Positions 8,971 to 19,232 of a stretch of 39,687 bases of DNA are shown here, piece by piece. A program made the translations under genes and the position numbers. The stretch's first letter is position 1; every line of letters starts with the position of its first letter. The DNA is taken from assembly GCA_027451785.1 (NCBI GenBank), contig DAIDIS010000065.1:1-39687 (forward strand), given 5' to 3'. Origin of the DNA: Acidimicrobiales bacterium (GTDB taxonomy: Bacteria; Actinomycetota; Acidimicrobiia; Acidimicrobiales; JAKAVM01). The notes under the pieces are model-generated. The model did not search any database. It was given only the letters and a program-made list of their open reading frames with translations, and had not been told where the DNA came from.

Positions 8971-9645
8971 TTATCTCCCCACAATACCCGGGAAGCGATT
9001 CTCGACCTCACGGCAGATTTCATCGTGGATATCGCTTACGGAACCCAGTCCGTCTACTACCAGCCAACTCTCGGTCCCGCTCGCAGCGATCTCGCGGAAA
9101 CCTTGAGAAACCTTCGTCAGAAATTCCGTACCTTCAGATTCGAAGCGATCCGCTTGAGAGCCTCCTGGCCTTGAGTTGGCTCGCCTGAGTGACTCCTTAA
9201 CTGGCAGATCGATGAGGATATTGAGATCGGCGCGTAGCTCGCCCAAAACCCACGACGTGAGCGAGTCAAGCAACCCAAGATCAAGTCCCCTTCCATAGCC
9301 TTGGTAAGCCAAAGTAGAAGCGGCGAAGCGATCAGTTACGACATGCCTTCCCGAATCCAAAAGCGGCCCGATGTAGGAGTTTGCATGGTGCGATCTGTCC
9401 GCCAACATAAGTAGTGCTTCAGCTTGTGGTCCCAAGGCAGTTGCGCTTGAAAGAACGATCTCCCGGATTGCGGCACCAAATTCGGTCCCTCCAGGCTCTC
9501 GCGTCAGTTCTCCATGAAGCCGGTCGGCAAGGAGCCTCGCCTGGGTCGACTTTCCCGAACCATCAATTCCCTCGAATGCTATGAGGCGGCCGCGCGGTGC
9601 TGATGCGTTGTCCAAGGCACTGCCACCGTCCGGGTCAGGCCACAC
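8971..9645 (-). CDS. tmk: Thymidylate kinase
   Basis: P-loop LIAFEGIDGSGKSTQARLLADRL and overall dTMP-kinase layout. The GTG start directly abuts the topA stop codon. Confidence 0.88.
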   Translation of the reverse strand: MWPDPDGGSALDNASAPRGRLIAFEGIDGSGKSTQARLLADRLHGELTREPGGTEFGAAIREIVLSSATALGPQAEALLMLADRSHHANSYIGPLLDSGRHVVTDRFAASTLAYQGYGRGLDLGLLDSLTSWVLGELRADLNILIDLPVKESLRRANSRPGGSQADRFESEGTEFLTKVSQGFREIAASGTESWLVVDGLGSVSDIHDEICREVENRFPGIVGR

Positions 9646-12600
9646 TTACTCTGAGGTGAAACTGGTGGAAGAGCTTGGCGTCACAGCTCCATTGCCCGGG
9701 GAGGACGCCAGTGAAGGCTCCTGCTCGACGGAAGCTTGAACCTTAGCGACTTTCTTTGCCGCAGGCTTCTTCGCCGAGGCAGCTTTCTTAGCGCCCGCCT
9801 TCTTGGCCGGGGCAGACTTTTTTGCAGCCGATTTCTTCGCCGGGGCCTTCTTCGCGGCAGACTTCTTTACTCCCCTGCCTCTCGGCGGCTGTTCGGCCAT
9901 TCTGACCCTTCTGGCTTCCAGCAGTTCAAGTGCCCGCTCGATACCAAGTTCCTCAAGCGAGTCGGATCGGCTCAACGAGGCATTGATCTCGCCGTCGGTT
10001 ACATATGGTCCGAATCGGCCATCCTTGACAACTATCGGCTTTCCGGAATCGGGGTGGGGACCCAGCTCCTTGAGAGGGGCTTGCGCCGTCCTGCCTCTCC
10101 TCGTCTTAGGCTGGGCAAAAATGGCCACAGCCTGCTCCAACGTAACCGAGAAGATCTCGTCTTCGGTTGTTAGGCTCCTAGTGTCGGTTCCCTTGGTCAA
10201 GTACGGCCCGAAGCGACCGTTCTGTGCTTTGATCTCTTCGCCATCCGACGGGTCACTGCCCACCACCCTGGGAAGATTGAGCAGTTTGATTGCGTCTTCA
10301 AGCTCGATGCTCTCCATAGTCATCGACTTGAAGAGTGAGGCGCGCTTGAGGTCAGGGGCCTTCTTGGCCTTAGGTGCCTTTTCCCCCTGCGCTTTCTCCC
10401 CTTGCGCTTCTTCGGTTTCAAGACCCTGGTTGGTCTCACCAAGCTGAACATAAGGACCGAAGCGACCGTTCAAAACCAGCACAGGTAGTCCGGTCTCAGG
10501 GTCATCGCCGAGCCTGCGTTCCGAAGAGGAGGCTCTCAGAAGAGAGTCAACGGTCTCGGGTGTTACCTCGTCCGGGCACATGTCCTCGGGCAACGAGGCC
10601 CTCTCGCCGTCTTTATCGATATAGGGCCCATACCGACCGACCCTTACGACGATGTCGCTGCCCGACTCGTCCTGGCCGATCACAATGGAGTTGACCTCTC
10701 TGGCATCAATATCGTCAAGGTGGTCTGCGACCATCCTCTTCAGACCCTCCGCCAATGAAATATGGCTGTGCGATACAGGAGGTCCGCCATTCGCCCCGTC
10801 AGCGGCAGGCACGTCTTCCCCATTGCCGTTGCTGCTGCCGCTTCCAATCTTGTCGCCTGCAGGCTCTCCGAAGTAGAAGCGAGTCAACCAGGGAATCTCC
10901 TCTTCCCGGCCACCCGCAATGTCGTCCAGGTCGTCTTCCATGGAGGCGGTGAAGCCGTAGTCGACAAGACGGTTAAAATATTTTTCGAGTAGTCCGACGA
11001 CGGCGAAGGCGACGAAAGTCGGAACGAGGGCCGTGCCCTTCTTCCGAACGTATCCCCTGTCTTGGATGGTGGAGATGATCGAAGCGTAAGTGGACGGCCT
11101 CCCTACCCCCATATCCTCCAATGCCTTCACCAACGACGCCTCGGTATATCGCGAAGGCGGCTGAGTAGTGTGGCCTTGGGGTGTCATGTAATTGGGCGAA
11201 AGCTCCTGACCTTCCCTCATGGGAGGAAGCCTTGTCTCCTGGTCTTCCAACTCAGCTTCAGGGTCGTCGGCACCTTCAACGTAGGCCCTCAGAAATCCAG
11301 GGAAGGTGATCACCTTCCCACTGGTCGAGAAGACAACCTCGGTCCTTTCGAATCCAGACCCACCGATCTCGGACGACACCGACTGTGATTCCGATACGGA
11401 GGCGCTCAAACGTACCTGGGCGGTAGTCCCGGTAGCGTCCTTCATCTGAGAAGCAACCGTGCGCTTCCAGATCAAGTCATAGAGCTTTAACTCATCGGCA
11501 TTGAGAGCCGAAGAAAGCTGCTCCGGTGTCCGGAAACGCTCTCCCGCAGGCCTGATTGCTTCGTGCGCTTCCTGCGCGTTCTTAACCTTCCGGTCGTATC
11601 GCCTTGGCCCGTCAGGAAGGTAGTCGGATCCATAGAGCGACCTGACCTGCTCCCGGGCGGCGTTCAGAGCCTGGTCCGACAGAGTCGTCGAGTCGGTCCT
11701 CATGTAAGTGATGTAGCCGTTTTCGTACAGCCTTTGCGCCACCTGCATCGTGCGGGCCGACGAGAACCTTAGCTTCCTACCGGCTTCCTGCTGCAAAGTA
11801 GAGGTTGCGAACGGCGCATAAGGGGACCGCTTGAAGGGCTTCTCTTCAATGGAAGCGACTTTGAAGGTCTCTTCACGAAGAGCAGAGGCAAGGTTGCCGG
11901 CTGCTCCCTCGGACAACAACACGACATTGCGGCCACCGTCTGAGGATCCGGGAAGGTTCCCCGTCTCGTCGAAATCCTTGCCGCTGGCGACTCTGACCCC
12001 ACCAATGGAAGAGATGGAAGCCTTGAAATCAGTTCCCGAAGAAGAGAAGCCTCCGAGGATGTCCCACCACTCGGCAGCTCGATGGCGCATCCTGGCACGC
12101 TCGCGCTCGACGATGATTCTTGTAGCCACGCTTTGGACTCTGCCCGCAGACAGGCGCGGCATGACTTTTCGCCAAAGAACCGGCGATACCTCGAAGCCGT
12201 ATAGGCGGTCGAGTATGCGCCGGGCCTCCTGCGCATCCACCAGTCTCCTGTCGATGTCCCGGGAGTTCTGGATGGCGTGGTCGATGGCCGTTTTGGTGAT
12301 CTCGTGGAACACCATCCGTTTCACGGGTATGCGGGGAGACAGCACCTCGAGCAGGTGCCACGCAATCGACTCGCCTTCCCGGTCTTCGTCTGTTGCGAGG
12401 TAAAGCTCCGAAGCCTCCGAGACAAGCTTTTTCAGCTTGGACACGTGGGGCTTCTTCTCGGAAGAGATCACATAAAGAGGCCTGAAACCCTCTTCGACAT
12501 TGACGCCCAAGCGTGCCCACGGCTCACCCTTGACGTTGGCCGGGATTTCGGAGGAGTTCTTCGGTAGGTCTCGAATATGGCCTATGGAGGATTCAACGAC

Positions 12601-12675
12601 GAAATCGCCCCCAAGGAACCCCGCTATGGTACGGGCCTTGGCGGGCGATTCGACAATTACGAGTGGCTTAGCCAT
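9646..12675 (-). CDS. topA: DNA topoisomerase I, actinobacterial type
   Basis: 1009 aa. TOPRIM start [22 protein letters not shown] and active-site region [10 protein letters not shown]. There are four Cys-free C-terminal GR(Y/F)GPY(I/V/L) repeats instead of Zn fingers, and a Lys/Ala-rich basic tail ([17 protein letters not shown]...). Confidence 0.95.
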   Translation of the reverse strand: MAKPLVIVESPAKARTIAGFLGGDFVVESSIGHIRDLPKNSSEIPANVKGEPWARLGVNVEEGFRPLYVISSEKKPHVSKLKKLVSEASELYLATDEDREGESIAWHLLEVLSPRIPVKRMVFHEITKTAIDHAIQNSRDIDRRLVDAQEARRILDRLYGFEVSPVLWRKVMPRLSAGRVQSVATRIIVERERARMRHRAAEWWDILGGFSSSGTDFKASISSIGGVRVASGKDFDETGNLPGSSDGGRNVVLLSEGAAGNLASALREETFKVASIEEKPFKRSPYAPFATSTLQQEAGRKLRFSSARTMQVAQRLYENGYITYMRTDSTTLSDQALNAAREQVRSLYGSDYLPDGPRRYDRKVKNAQEAHEAIRPAGERFRTPEQLSSALNADELKLYDLIWKRTVASQMKDATGTTAQVRLSASVSESQSVSSEIGGSGFERTEVVFSTSGKVITFPGFLRAYVEGADDPEAELEDQETRLPPMREGQELSPNYMTPQGHTTQPPSRYTEASLVKALEDMGVGRPSTYASIISTIQDRGYVRKKGTALVPTFVAFAVVGLLEKYFNRLVDYGFTASMEDDLDDIAGGREEEIPWLTRFYFGEPAGDKIGSGSSNGNGEDVPAADGANGGPPVSHSHISLAEGLKRMVADHLDDIDAREVNSIVIGQDESGSDIVVRVGRYGPYIDKDGERASLPEDMCPDEVTPETVDSLLRASSSERRLGDDPETGLPVLVLNGRFGPYVQLGETNQGLETEEAQGEKAQGEKAPKAKKAPDLKRASLFKSMTMESIELEDAIKLLNLPRVVGSDPSDGEEIKAQNGRFGPYLTKGTDTRSLTTEDEIFSVTLEQAVAIFAQPKTRRGRTAQAPLKELGPHPDSGKPIVVKDGRFGPYVTDGEINASLSRSDSLEELGIERALELLEARRVRMAEQPPRGRGVKKSAAKKAPAKKSAAKKSAPAKKAGAKKAASAKKPAAKKVAKVQASVEQEPSLASSPGNGAVTPSSSTSFTSE

Positions 12676-12721
12676 TCCTCAAATCTCTTGCAATTGGCCT
12701 GTGTTCGCAGCCTATTGCAGA

Positions 12722-15097
12722 TCAGGCCGGTTCCATCTCGGTAGCGGCCTTCGACTTGCCCTTCGGCTGCGTAGACGTATCGGCGGACATGGACTCGACC
12801 TCTCGCTTGGAAATGGCGATGGAGATAAGCAGGATCACCAGGGACACTCCGGCAATCGACAGCCTCGTGGCCGTATGGTGCCTCAGCGTGATGACCGCTG
12901 GAAGGATCAAGAGCGAAACAAGGTTCATCACCTTGATCAGCGGGTTCAAGGCCGGGCCTGCAGTGTCCTTGAAGGGGTCTCCGACGGTGTCGCCGATCAC
13001 TGCCGCCTTGTGGGCGTCTGAACCTTTCCCTCCGTGGTTACCGTCTTCGATGTACTTCTTTGCGTTGTCCCATGCACCACCGGAGTTGGAGAGGAAGTTC
13101 GCCATGAGCTGGCCAGTCAGGATGGCAGCTGCCAGGAATGCTCCCAGAGCAAAATAGTTGATCCCGAAACCCACGATGACCGGAGACAAAACCGCAAGAA
13201 GCGCAGGGGTTGCGAGCTCACGCTGGGATGCCCTGGTGCAGATCGAAATGACCTTGCCGTACTCGGGCTTCTCCGAGTAGTCCATGATTCCCGGGTGCTC
13301 ACGGAACTGCCTGCGAACTTCCTGGACGACAGTACCCGCTGTGCGACCCACAGCACGGATGGCAAGTGCTGAGAAGATGAACGCAATGGAGCCACCGATA
13401 AGGAGCCCGATAAACGTTGTCGGATTCGAAACGTTGATCTGGGTTGCAGCCTGGTGGAACAACCAGTTGATATCGAATCCCGCTTGGCCGTGGGACAACG
13501 GGTTGTGGAGTCCCAATTGCGAGCCAACGGTCTCGATGAACGAAGCGAACAGCGACACCGATGCGATAACGGCCGACCCAATGGCCACGCCCTTGGTGAC
13601 TGCCTTCGTGGTGTTGCCGACCGCATCGAGGCTCACCATGATTCGCTCGGCTTCGCCGCTGAACTCACCCGACATCTCGGCCACACCGGCAGCATTGTCG
13701 GAGACAGGCCCGAAGCTATCCTCCGAGACGATCATCCCTGCGGTGGAGAGCATACCGATTCCGACAAGCGATACGAGATAAAGCGAAAGCTCAATGTTTC
13801 CGCCTGCCATTCCAGCAGCGACGGCGATCGCTATGGCAATAGCAATGATCGCCCACACGGAGGATTCGAGGCCGAAGGCAATACCCGCAAGCGTGATGGT
13901 GGCGGGTCCAGTTTCGGCCGAGTCGGCTATCTCCCTAACCGGCCTACGCTCGGTAGATGTGAAGTGCTCGGTAATTGCACTGGCGACGAGCATAAGGATA
14001 ACGCCGGTCAAGACAGCAAAAAAGGCCTTCCAGTAGTGCATGTAGGAGCCGGCCACGGCGGCCGCTCCGAGAATGGTCAATATTGCTGCCAGGCGGACGC
14101 CACGATTGATGGGTGCCATGGCATTGGTGTCTTTTTTGGTGGCGCGAACTGCATAGACGCCGATGATTGTGCCCAGGATACCGATGGCAGGCACCACCAA
14201 GGGGAAGAGCACTGCACGCGCCGCCTGGCCACCACGGCCTATGGAGGAAAACGCCGTCACGCCAAGAATGATTGCCGCGATAATGGTGATCGCGTAGGAC
14301 TCGAAAAGGTCAGCTGCCATGCCTGCGCAGTCGCCCACGTTGTCGCCCACGTTGTCTGCAATGGTGGCAGCATTTCGGGGATCGTCCTCGGGGATGCCCG
14401 CCTCGACCTTGCCCACCAAGTCCGCACCAACGTCAGCGGCCTTCGTGAAGATACCGCCGCCGACTCGCATGAAGAGCGCCAGCAACGAAGCACCGAACCC
14501 GAAGCCAACCAGTACCGAGGTGGCGGTGTTCTGGAATACGAAGACGATCGTCGTGGCGCCGAGCAGACCCAGCCCGACACAAAAGAGCCCGGTAATTGCG
14601 CCGGTCCGGAACGAGACCTTAAGTGCCCCGGGCATCTTGCCGTTGATGGCAGCGGCTGCAGTCCTTACGTTCCCACGGACCGCAAGGCTCATTCCGATAA
14701 ATCCGGTGAGGCCAGAACAAAGAGCTCCAGCAAGGAAGCAAATAACCCTGTAGATGCCCGCCTGTGCAAAGGTAAGGTCGACAACGGTATGTCCGTTGAG
14801 CTGATGGGTCACCTTGGTCGCAGTGAAGAAGATAAGGACCGCGAGCGGCAGGACTATCAATCCGATTGTCTTGAACTGCCTGGATAGGAAAGCTTCGGCC
14901 CCTTCTTGGATCGCCTTGGCTATGTCCTTCATCTTGGCGGTGCCTTGGTCTGCTGCGATAACACCCTTCATCAGGACGAGCCCAATGACGATCGACAAGA
15001 CGGCTGCTGCCAGGGAGAATATGAGCCAAACCACCTCTGTGTTGCTGAGGTGAAAGGCTTGGTAACCTCCCTCACTGGCCAGTAGCTGCGTAATCAA
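12722..15097 (-). CDS. hppA: Membrane-bound proton-translocating pyrophosphatase, K+-independent type
   Basis: 791 aa and polytopic. PPase motifs [21 protein letters not shown] and [27 protein letters not shown] has Lys at the position that distinguishes K+-independent enzymes (GNTTKA) from K+-dependent ones (GNTTAA). Confidence 0.93.
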   Translation of the reverse strand: MITQLLASEGGYQAFHLSNTEVVWLIFSLAAAVLSIVIGLVLMKGVIAADQGTAKMKDIAKAIQEGAEAFLSRQFKTIGLIVLPLAVLIFFTATKVTHQLNGHTVVDLTFAQAGIYRVICFLAGALCSGLTGFIGMSLAVRGNVRTAAAAINGKMPGALKVSFRTGAITGLFCVGLGLLGATTIVFVFQNTATSVLVGFGFGASLLALFMRVGGGIFTKAADVGADLVGKVEAGIPEDDPRNAATIADNVGDNVGDCAGMAADLFESYAITIIAAIILGVTAFSSIGRGGQAARAVLFPLVVPAIGILGTIIGVYAVRATKKDTNAMAPINRGVRLAAILTILGAAAVAGSYMHYWKAFFAVLTGVILMLVASAITEHFTSTERRPVREIADSAETGPATITLAGIAFGLESSVWAIIAIAIAIAVAAGMAGGNIELSLYLVSLVGIGMLSTAGMIVSEDSFGPVSDNAAGVAEMSGEFSGEAERIMVSLDAVGNTTKAVTKGVAIGSAVIASVSLFASFIETVGSQLGLHNPLSHGQAGFDINWLFHQAATQINVSNPTTFIGLLIGGSIAFIFSALAIRAVGRTAGTVVQEVRRQFREHPGIMDYSEKPEYGKVISICTRASQRELATPALLAVLSPVIVGFGINYFALGAFLAAAILTGQLMANFLSNSGGAWDNAKKYIEDGNHGGKGSDAHKAAVIGDTVGDPFKDTAGPALNPLIKVMNLVSLLILPAVITLRHHTATRLSIAGVSLVILLISIAISKREVESMSADTSTQPKGKSKAATEMEPA

Positions 15098-15135
15098 TGC
15101 CGGTCCTTTCTCTTACTTCCATCTTCAACATCTCA

Positions 15136-15152
15136 GTAACGTTTGTAACGTT
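15136..15152. promoter_or_regulatory. Tandem GTAACGTT-T-GTAACGTT repeat upstream of hppA
   Basis: Two identical octamers, each containing the self-palindrome AACGTT, lie 39-55 nt upstream of the hppA start and just downstream of the permease stop. Confidence 0.25.
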
Positions 15153-15191
15153 CGGACTTGGAAAAGCTAACAGGAATGTCCGCAATCGCGC

Positions 15192-17810
15192 TCAATGAGA
15201 CTCACCGGCGGCTGCTATGGGCGCCAGGAACTCATAATCCGGATTGAGCATCGATAGCCGACCGTGATGTTCGCATACCCTAGCCTTGGCCACCAATTTT
15301 GCTCCGGGAGCGATTCCCGGGACCTCCGATCGACCGACGAATACTAGAGGCAAACTCCCTGTTGAGTCGTCCAACAAGCACTCAAGGCTCTGTACTCCTG
15401 CCCAAGGTTGGATCCGTACGGACTTTACTCTACCCGCGACCTTGACTTTCTGCCTGTATCTGACCGTCCCGATAGCTACGGCACCGGGCACCAGGACAAA
15501 CTCGCTACCTTCCAGAACATCCCTGCTCTTGGATGGCAACGTTCCCGATGGAATCTGACCAGGAATTCCGCGCCTTTGCCTGGGAGCGGATGGCGCCGAA
15601 GCATCCTCTCTGCGGCGCCTGAGCACTGGCTCAACTCCAGGTGGTTCACCTTCGGTTACCAGGGAAGATTGCTTCGCTTCATGATCTTGGGGTCCTGCTT
15701 GCCTTTGGAACTCGCTTCCGGCGTCACCGACGGGTGTGTCGACATCAGCACCAGATCCCGCTCGCTCGGAGGTGCCGGCAGGAACCAGCTCGGAATCGCG
15801 CTGCCTGCGATCGTGCCTGGGGTCGGAAAACATCGCCTGGCGGCGGGCAACCGAACGAGAGATCGCATTCTTGCCCAGGTGGAACGGGATGATCGTCGCA
15901 TTCACATTGGTTAGAAGCGCCACACCTTCCGCAATTCGGTCAGCGGTCCTGTCGTGCAATAGCCGACTCCAGATCCTGTCATACGAACGACGGGGCAAAA
16001 GGATGGATACGGCAGTCTGGTTGTCCGATGTTAGGTCACCGGCATAGTCGAGAGTCGCTCTAACCAGTCGACGGTCCGGGCACTCGACGAGTTCCAGGGG
16101 GAACCTGGATACCATCAGCCGCCTCCACGACGACGAAAGTGCCTGTGCCCTAGCGGCATCGATTACGAAGTGGACGGCGTGAAGCTCGTCGGGGTTCAGC
16201 GAGCGGGCATATCGGATCGCCTGGAGGGAAGCCAGGTCGAAACTGTCAATCATGACCACGACTGCGTGTCTCCTGATTGGAGGAACGTCCGCTACCCTCG
16301 GGGCCCCTTCTTCCAGCTCTTCGGACTCGATCTCGTACTGGCGGTGAAGGCGTATAAAGAAATAGACCAGCAACGGCATGAGGATCACTACAACCCAAGC
16401 TCCAGAGGTGAACTTGGTGACGATGAACACCAGACCCACGATCGCCGAAAGCACCGCTGCCGAGAAGTTAATTGCAAGGCTTCGCTTCCAGTGCGGCTGC
16501 TTTGCGACCAAGTGGTGCTTTACCATCCCGGCACCGGCCATTGTGAAGCCGGTGAACACACCGATGGCGTAAAGCGAAATCAGGACATCCAGAGATCCGC
16601 CGGCTACAACGATCAAAACCACCGCCACCAGAGTTAGGACGATTATTCCGTTCGAGAAGACCAAGCGATGGCCTCTGCGCATCAGCTGGCGAGGAAGGAA
16701 CGAATCCTTCGCCGCGAAGCTGGCGAGGAAAGGAAACCCCGTAAAGCTGGTGTTTGCGGCCAAGACGAGGATGAACATGGTGCCGGCCTGCAACAGGTAA
16801 TACATCAAGTGGCCGAAGGCACTGGTGCCGTAAACCGCTTCGCCTATCTGGGAAAGCACCGATGGCGACCCTGTTGAGAACGGAAGCGGGTGCGCCTTGG
16901 AGGACAGGAAGGACACCCCAAGGAAGAGCGTACCCAGGATGAGCGCCATTGCAGCGAGCGTCTGCCGAGCGTGGCGCACCTGAGGTTTCCGGAAGACGCT
17001 CACTCCATTGGAGATCGCCTCGGTACCGGTGAGCGCCGACCCTCCGTTGGCAAAGGCCGCCAGCATTGCAAAGACAGACACGCCCATGAGAAGACCAGAG
17101 CCAGGGTGGCCGAACTTGATCTGGCCCACTCCGGAAACTCGATGTGCCACCAGCGTGCCGTTGAAGTACTTGAACACGCCGACGCCGAGCAATATCGCCA
17201 TATTGGCAATGAAGAAGAAGGTCGGAAGGGCGAAGATCCGGCCTGCCTCCTTGATGCCTCTCAGGTTCCCGAAGGCGATCAAGAGTACGAACCCGACGGA
17301 GATCTCAACCGTATACGGCCTAAGCTGGGCAAATGCGGAGGTAAGTGCGTCAGTCCCCGACACGATCGACACGGCAACCGTCAACGTGTAATCGATCAAC
17401 AACGCAGCGGTGGCCACCTGCGCCACATTCAGCCCGAAATTCTCACGGCTGACGACGTAAGCGCCGCCCGCCTTGGGGTAGGCCTTGATCACCTCTTGAT
17501 AAGACAGGGTGACAAAAAGCAACACCACCAGCACTGCCCCAGTTACAGGCATCACCAGAGAAAATGCTGCGACGCCAGCGGCAGCCACCAGCTTTCCCAG
17601 AATCTGTTCAGTGGCATATGCACACGAGGACATCACGTCTGACGAGAGAATCGCGAGGGCCGTCGGCTTTCCGATGGTCTGTTCCTCCAGCTCATCCGAC
17701 ACCAAAGGCTTGCCGAGCAACCTGTCTTTTAGCCGGTAGCGGATGTTCTCGGGGATGAGGACCGCAGAGCGGGCCTCTTCGCTTCTGGCAGCGTCGGAAG
17801 GCATTTCCAA
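15192..17810 (-). CDS. APC-superfamily permease fused to a cytosolic alpha/beta module, a low-complexity linker and a C-terminal OB-fold module
   Basis: Single 872-codon frame. The N-terminal ~500 aa are polytopic (ALAILSSDVMSSCAYATEQIL...). A cytosolic module follows (HAVVVMIDSFDLASLQAIRYA...VSILLPRR), then an R/P/S/E/Q-rich ~130-aa linker. The last ~95 aa (VRYRQKVKVAGRVKSVRIQPWAGVQSLECLLDDSTGSLPLVFVGR...LNPDYEFL) look like a small OB-fold protein. Confidence 0.8.
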   Translation of the reverse strand: MEMPSDAARSEEARSAVLIPENIRYRLKDRLLGKPLVSDELEEQTIGKPTALAILSSDVMSSCAYATEQILGKLVAAAGVAAFSLVMPVTGAVLVVLLFVTLSYQEVIKAYPKAGGAYVVSRENFGLNVAQVATAALLIDYTLTVAVSIVSGTDALTSAFAQLRPYTVEISVGFVLLIAFGNLRGIKEAGRIFALPTFFFIANMAILLGVGVFKYFNGTLVAHRVSGVGQIKFGHPGSGLLMGVSVFAMLAAFANGGSALTGTEAISNGVSVFRKPQVRHARQTLAAMALILGTLFLGVSFLSSKAHPLPFSTGSPSVLSQIGEAVYGTSAFGHLMYYLLQAGTMFILVLAANTSFTGFPFLASFAAKDSFLPRQLMRRGHRLVFSNGIIVLTLVAVVLIVVAGGSLDVLISLYAIGVFTGFTMAGAGMVKHHLVAKQPHWKRSLAINFSAAVLSAIVGLVFIVTKFTSGAWVVVILMPLLVYFFIRLHRQYEIESEELEEGAPRVADVPPIRRHAVVVMIDSFDLASLQAIRYARSLNPDELHAVHFVIDAARAQALSSSWRRLMVSRFPLELVECPDRRLVRATLDYAGDLTSDNQTAVSILLPRRSYDRIWSRLLHDRTADRIAEGVALLTNVNATIIPFHLGKNAISRSVARRQAMFSDPRHDRRQRDSELVPAGTSERAGSGADVDTPVGDAGSEFQRQAGPQDHEAKQSSLVTEGEPPGVEPVLRRRREDASAPSAPRQRRGIPGQIPSGTLPSKSRDVLEGSEFVLVPGAVAIGTVRYRQKVKVAGRVKSVRIQPWAGVQSLECLLDDSTGSLPLVFVGRSEVPGIAPGAKLVAKARVCEHHGRLSMLNPDYEFLAPIAAAGESH

Positions 17811-17837
17811 TTAGTTAAACACGCGGATCGTGTGCCT

Positions 17838-17884
17838 GGCGAATATCGCCCGGCAAGCCTGAGTTGTGCGATAGCCGATATCGG
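17838..17884. promoter_or_regulatory. Two related palindromes in the divergent permease/trkA promoter region
   Basis: GGCGA-ATA-TCGCC at 17838-17850 and the perfect 10-bp palindrome CCGATATCGG at 17875-17884, both with a CGA(A)TATCG core. They lie between the permease start (17810, -) and the trkA start (17900, +). Confidence 0.3.
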
Positions 17885-17899
17885 TGTTGCATTGAGCAC

Positions 17900-18571
17900 G
17901 TGAAAATAATCGTGGTCGGCTGCGGGAGAGTCGGATCTGAGCTTGCGTCTTCGCTGGTTGGGAGAGGCCACGAAGTCTCGATTCTCGACAAGAACGCCCG
18001 TGCATTCAGGCGACTGCCGGAAGGATGGAACGGCAAGACAGTCATCGGGTTCGGGTTCGACAAGTTCCACTTGGAAGAAGCAGGTGCTCACGAGGCGGAT
18101 GCCCTGGCGGCTGTAACCAGTGGAGATAACTCAAACATTCTGACCGCCCGTATCGCCAGGGAGACGTATCGGATTCCTGCCGTCGTCGCCCGAATCTATG
18201 ACCCCCGACGAGCTGCGATCTACCAGCGCCTTGGTATTCCTACGGTTGCCACGGTCACCTGGACTACAGACCAGGTGATGAGAAGACTCCTTCCGGACGC
18301 TTCGCCCACCGAATGGACCGATGCGACGGGAACACTGGGCCTTCTGGAACGTGACCTGCCTGCACACTGGGCTGGACGGAACCTGTCGGAACTGAACATT
18401 GACGACCGGGCAAGTGTCATCTCGGTCGTTAGGTCCGGCGAGGCGAAGTTATTCGGAGGAGACATGATCGGCAAGGAAGGTGACATCGTCCATCTCGCCG
18501 TAGCCACCGGATTCGTGGAGAAGCTTGACGAGTTCCTGGCCAGTGGTATCAAGCCGGCGGCGATACATTGA
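17900..18571 (+). CDS. trkA: TrkA-family K+ transport regulatory protein (TrkA-N NAD-binding plus TrkA-C)
   Basis: From the GTG at 17900: VKIIVVGCGRVGSELASSLVGRGHEVSILD (Rossmann GxGxxG...D), with a C-terminal TrkA-C-like region. The ORF track starts at 17864, but the N-terminal alignment favours 17900. Confidence 0.85.
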   Translation: MKIIVVGCGRVGSELASSLVGRGHEVSILDKNARAFRRLPEGWNGKTVIGFGFDKFHLEEAGAHEADALAAVTSGDNSNILTARIARETYRIPAVVARIYDPRRAAIYQRLGIPTVATVTWTTDQVMRRLLPDASPTEWTDATGTLGLLERDLPAHWAGRNLSELNIDDRASVISVVRSGEAKLFGGDMIGKEGDIVHLAVATGFVEKLDEFLASGIKPAAIH

Positions 18572-19230
18572 AAGTGATAATCGCCGGTGCAGGCAATGTA
18601 GGCATGTTCATCGCGGGAGACCTGCGAAACGCCGGCCATGACGTCCTGGTAATGGAGTTGGAACCGGAAATAGTCGCCAAATTGACGCCGCCTCCAGGTG
18701 TTGAGCTCTTCACCGGTGACGCATGCGAAGTGAACACGCTCTATGAAGCGGGCGTTGACGAGGCCGACGTAGTCGTTGCGGCCACCGGAGACGACGAAGA
18801 CAACTTGGTCATATCTCTATTGGCCAAGCAGGAATTCGCGGTTCCAAGGGTTGTTGCAAGAGTCAATCACCCGAAGAACCACTGGCTCTTCAACGAGACT
18901 TGGGGAGTCGATGTATCCGTTTCCGCCCCCCACCTACTCTCCGCCTTGGTGGAAGAGGCGGTATCGGTGGGTGCGCTGGTCAGGCTTCTGCAATTCGAGA
19001 ACTCTGAGGCACGGCTGGTCGAGGTCACTTTGGCCGAGTCCTCGCCGGCGGCCGGTAAGGCGATTGAGGATCTTGACCTACCGAGGGATGCGAGCATTGT
19101 GGCAATCGTCCGAGACTCGAACGTGGTTGTTCCAAGGCCCGACACTGTCTTGGAAATAGGTAACGAGGTCCTGGTCCTGGTGACCGAGGAATCAGAGCAG
19201 ACGGTGAAGTCCTTACTCATCGGGGCCTAA
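18568..19230 (+). CDS. trkA: TrkA-family K+ transport regulatory protein (second copy)
   Basis: (M)KVIIAGAGNVGMFIAGDLRNAGHDVLVMELE Rossmann motif, then a TrkA-C region (ARLVEVTLAESSPAAGKAIEDLDLP). The TTG start overlaps the previous stop (TTGA). Confidence 0.85.
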   Translation: MKVIIAGAGNVGMFIAGDLRNAGHDVLVMELEPEIVAKLTPPPGVELFTGDACEVNTLYEAGVDEADVVVAATGDDEDNLVISLLAKQEFAVPRVVARVNHPKNHWLFNETWGVDVSVSAPHLLSALVEEAVSVGALVRLLQFENSEARLVEVTLAESSPAAGKAIEDLDLPRDASIVAIVRDSNVVVPRPDTVLEIGNEVLVLVTEESEQTVKSLLIGA

Positions 19231-19232
19231 GC

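Noticed and set aside
9736-9900. Repetitive GCC/GCA/CTT-rich DNA that could be taken for a tandem repeat element.
   Set aside because: It is the coding sequence of the TopA Lys/Ala-rich tail (AAKK repeats). This is low-complexity coding DNA, not a non-coding repeat or a CRISPR-like array.
13454-14887. 477-aa ORF on the + strand, antisense to hppA. Similar long antisense ORFs lie at 16890-17642, 23439-24392, 34946-35896, 9803-10447 and 11831-12403.
   Set aside because: These are shadow ORFs opposite strongly supported genes in GC-rich DNA. Their translations are Arg/Gly/His/Asp-rich and low-complexity, with no recognisable motif, so they are not independent genes.
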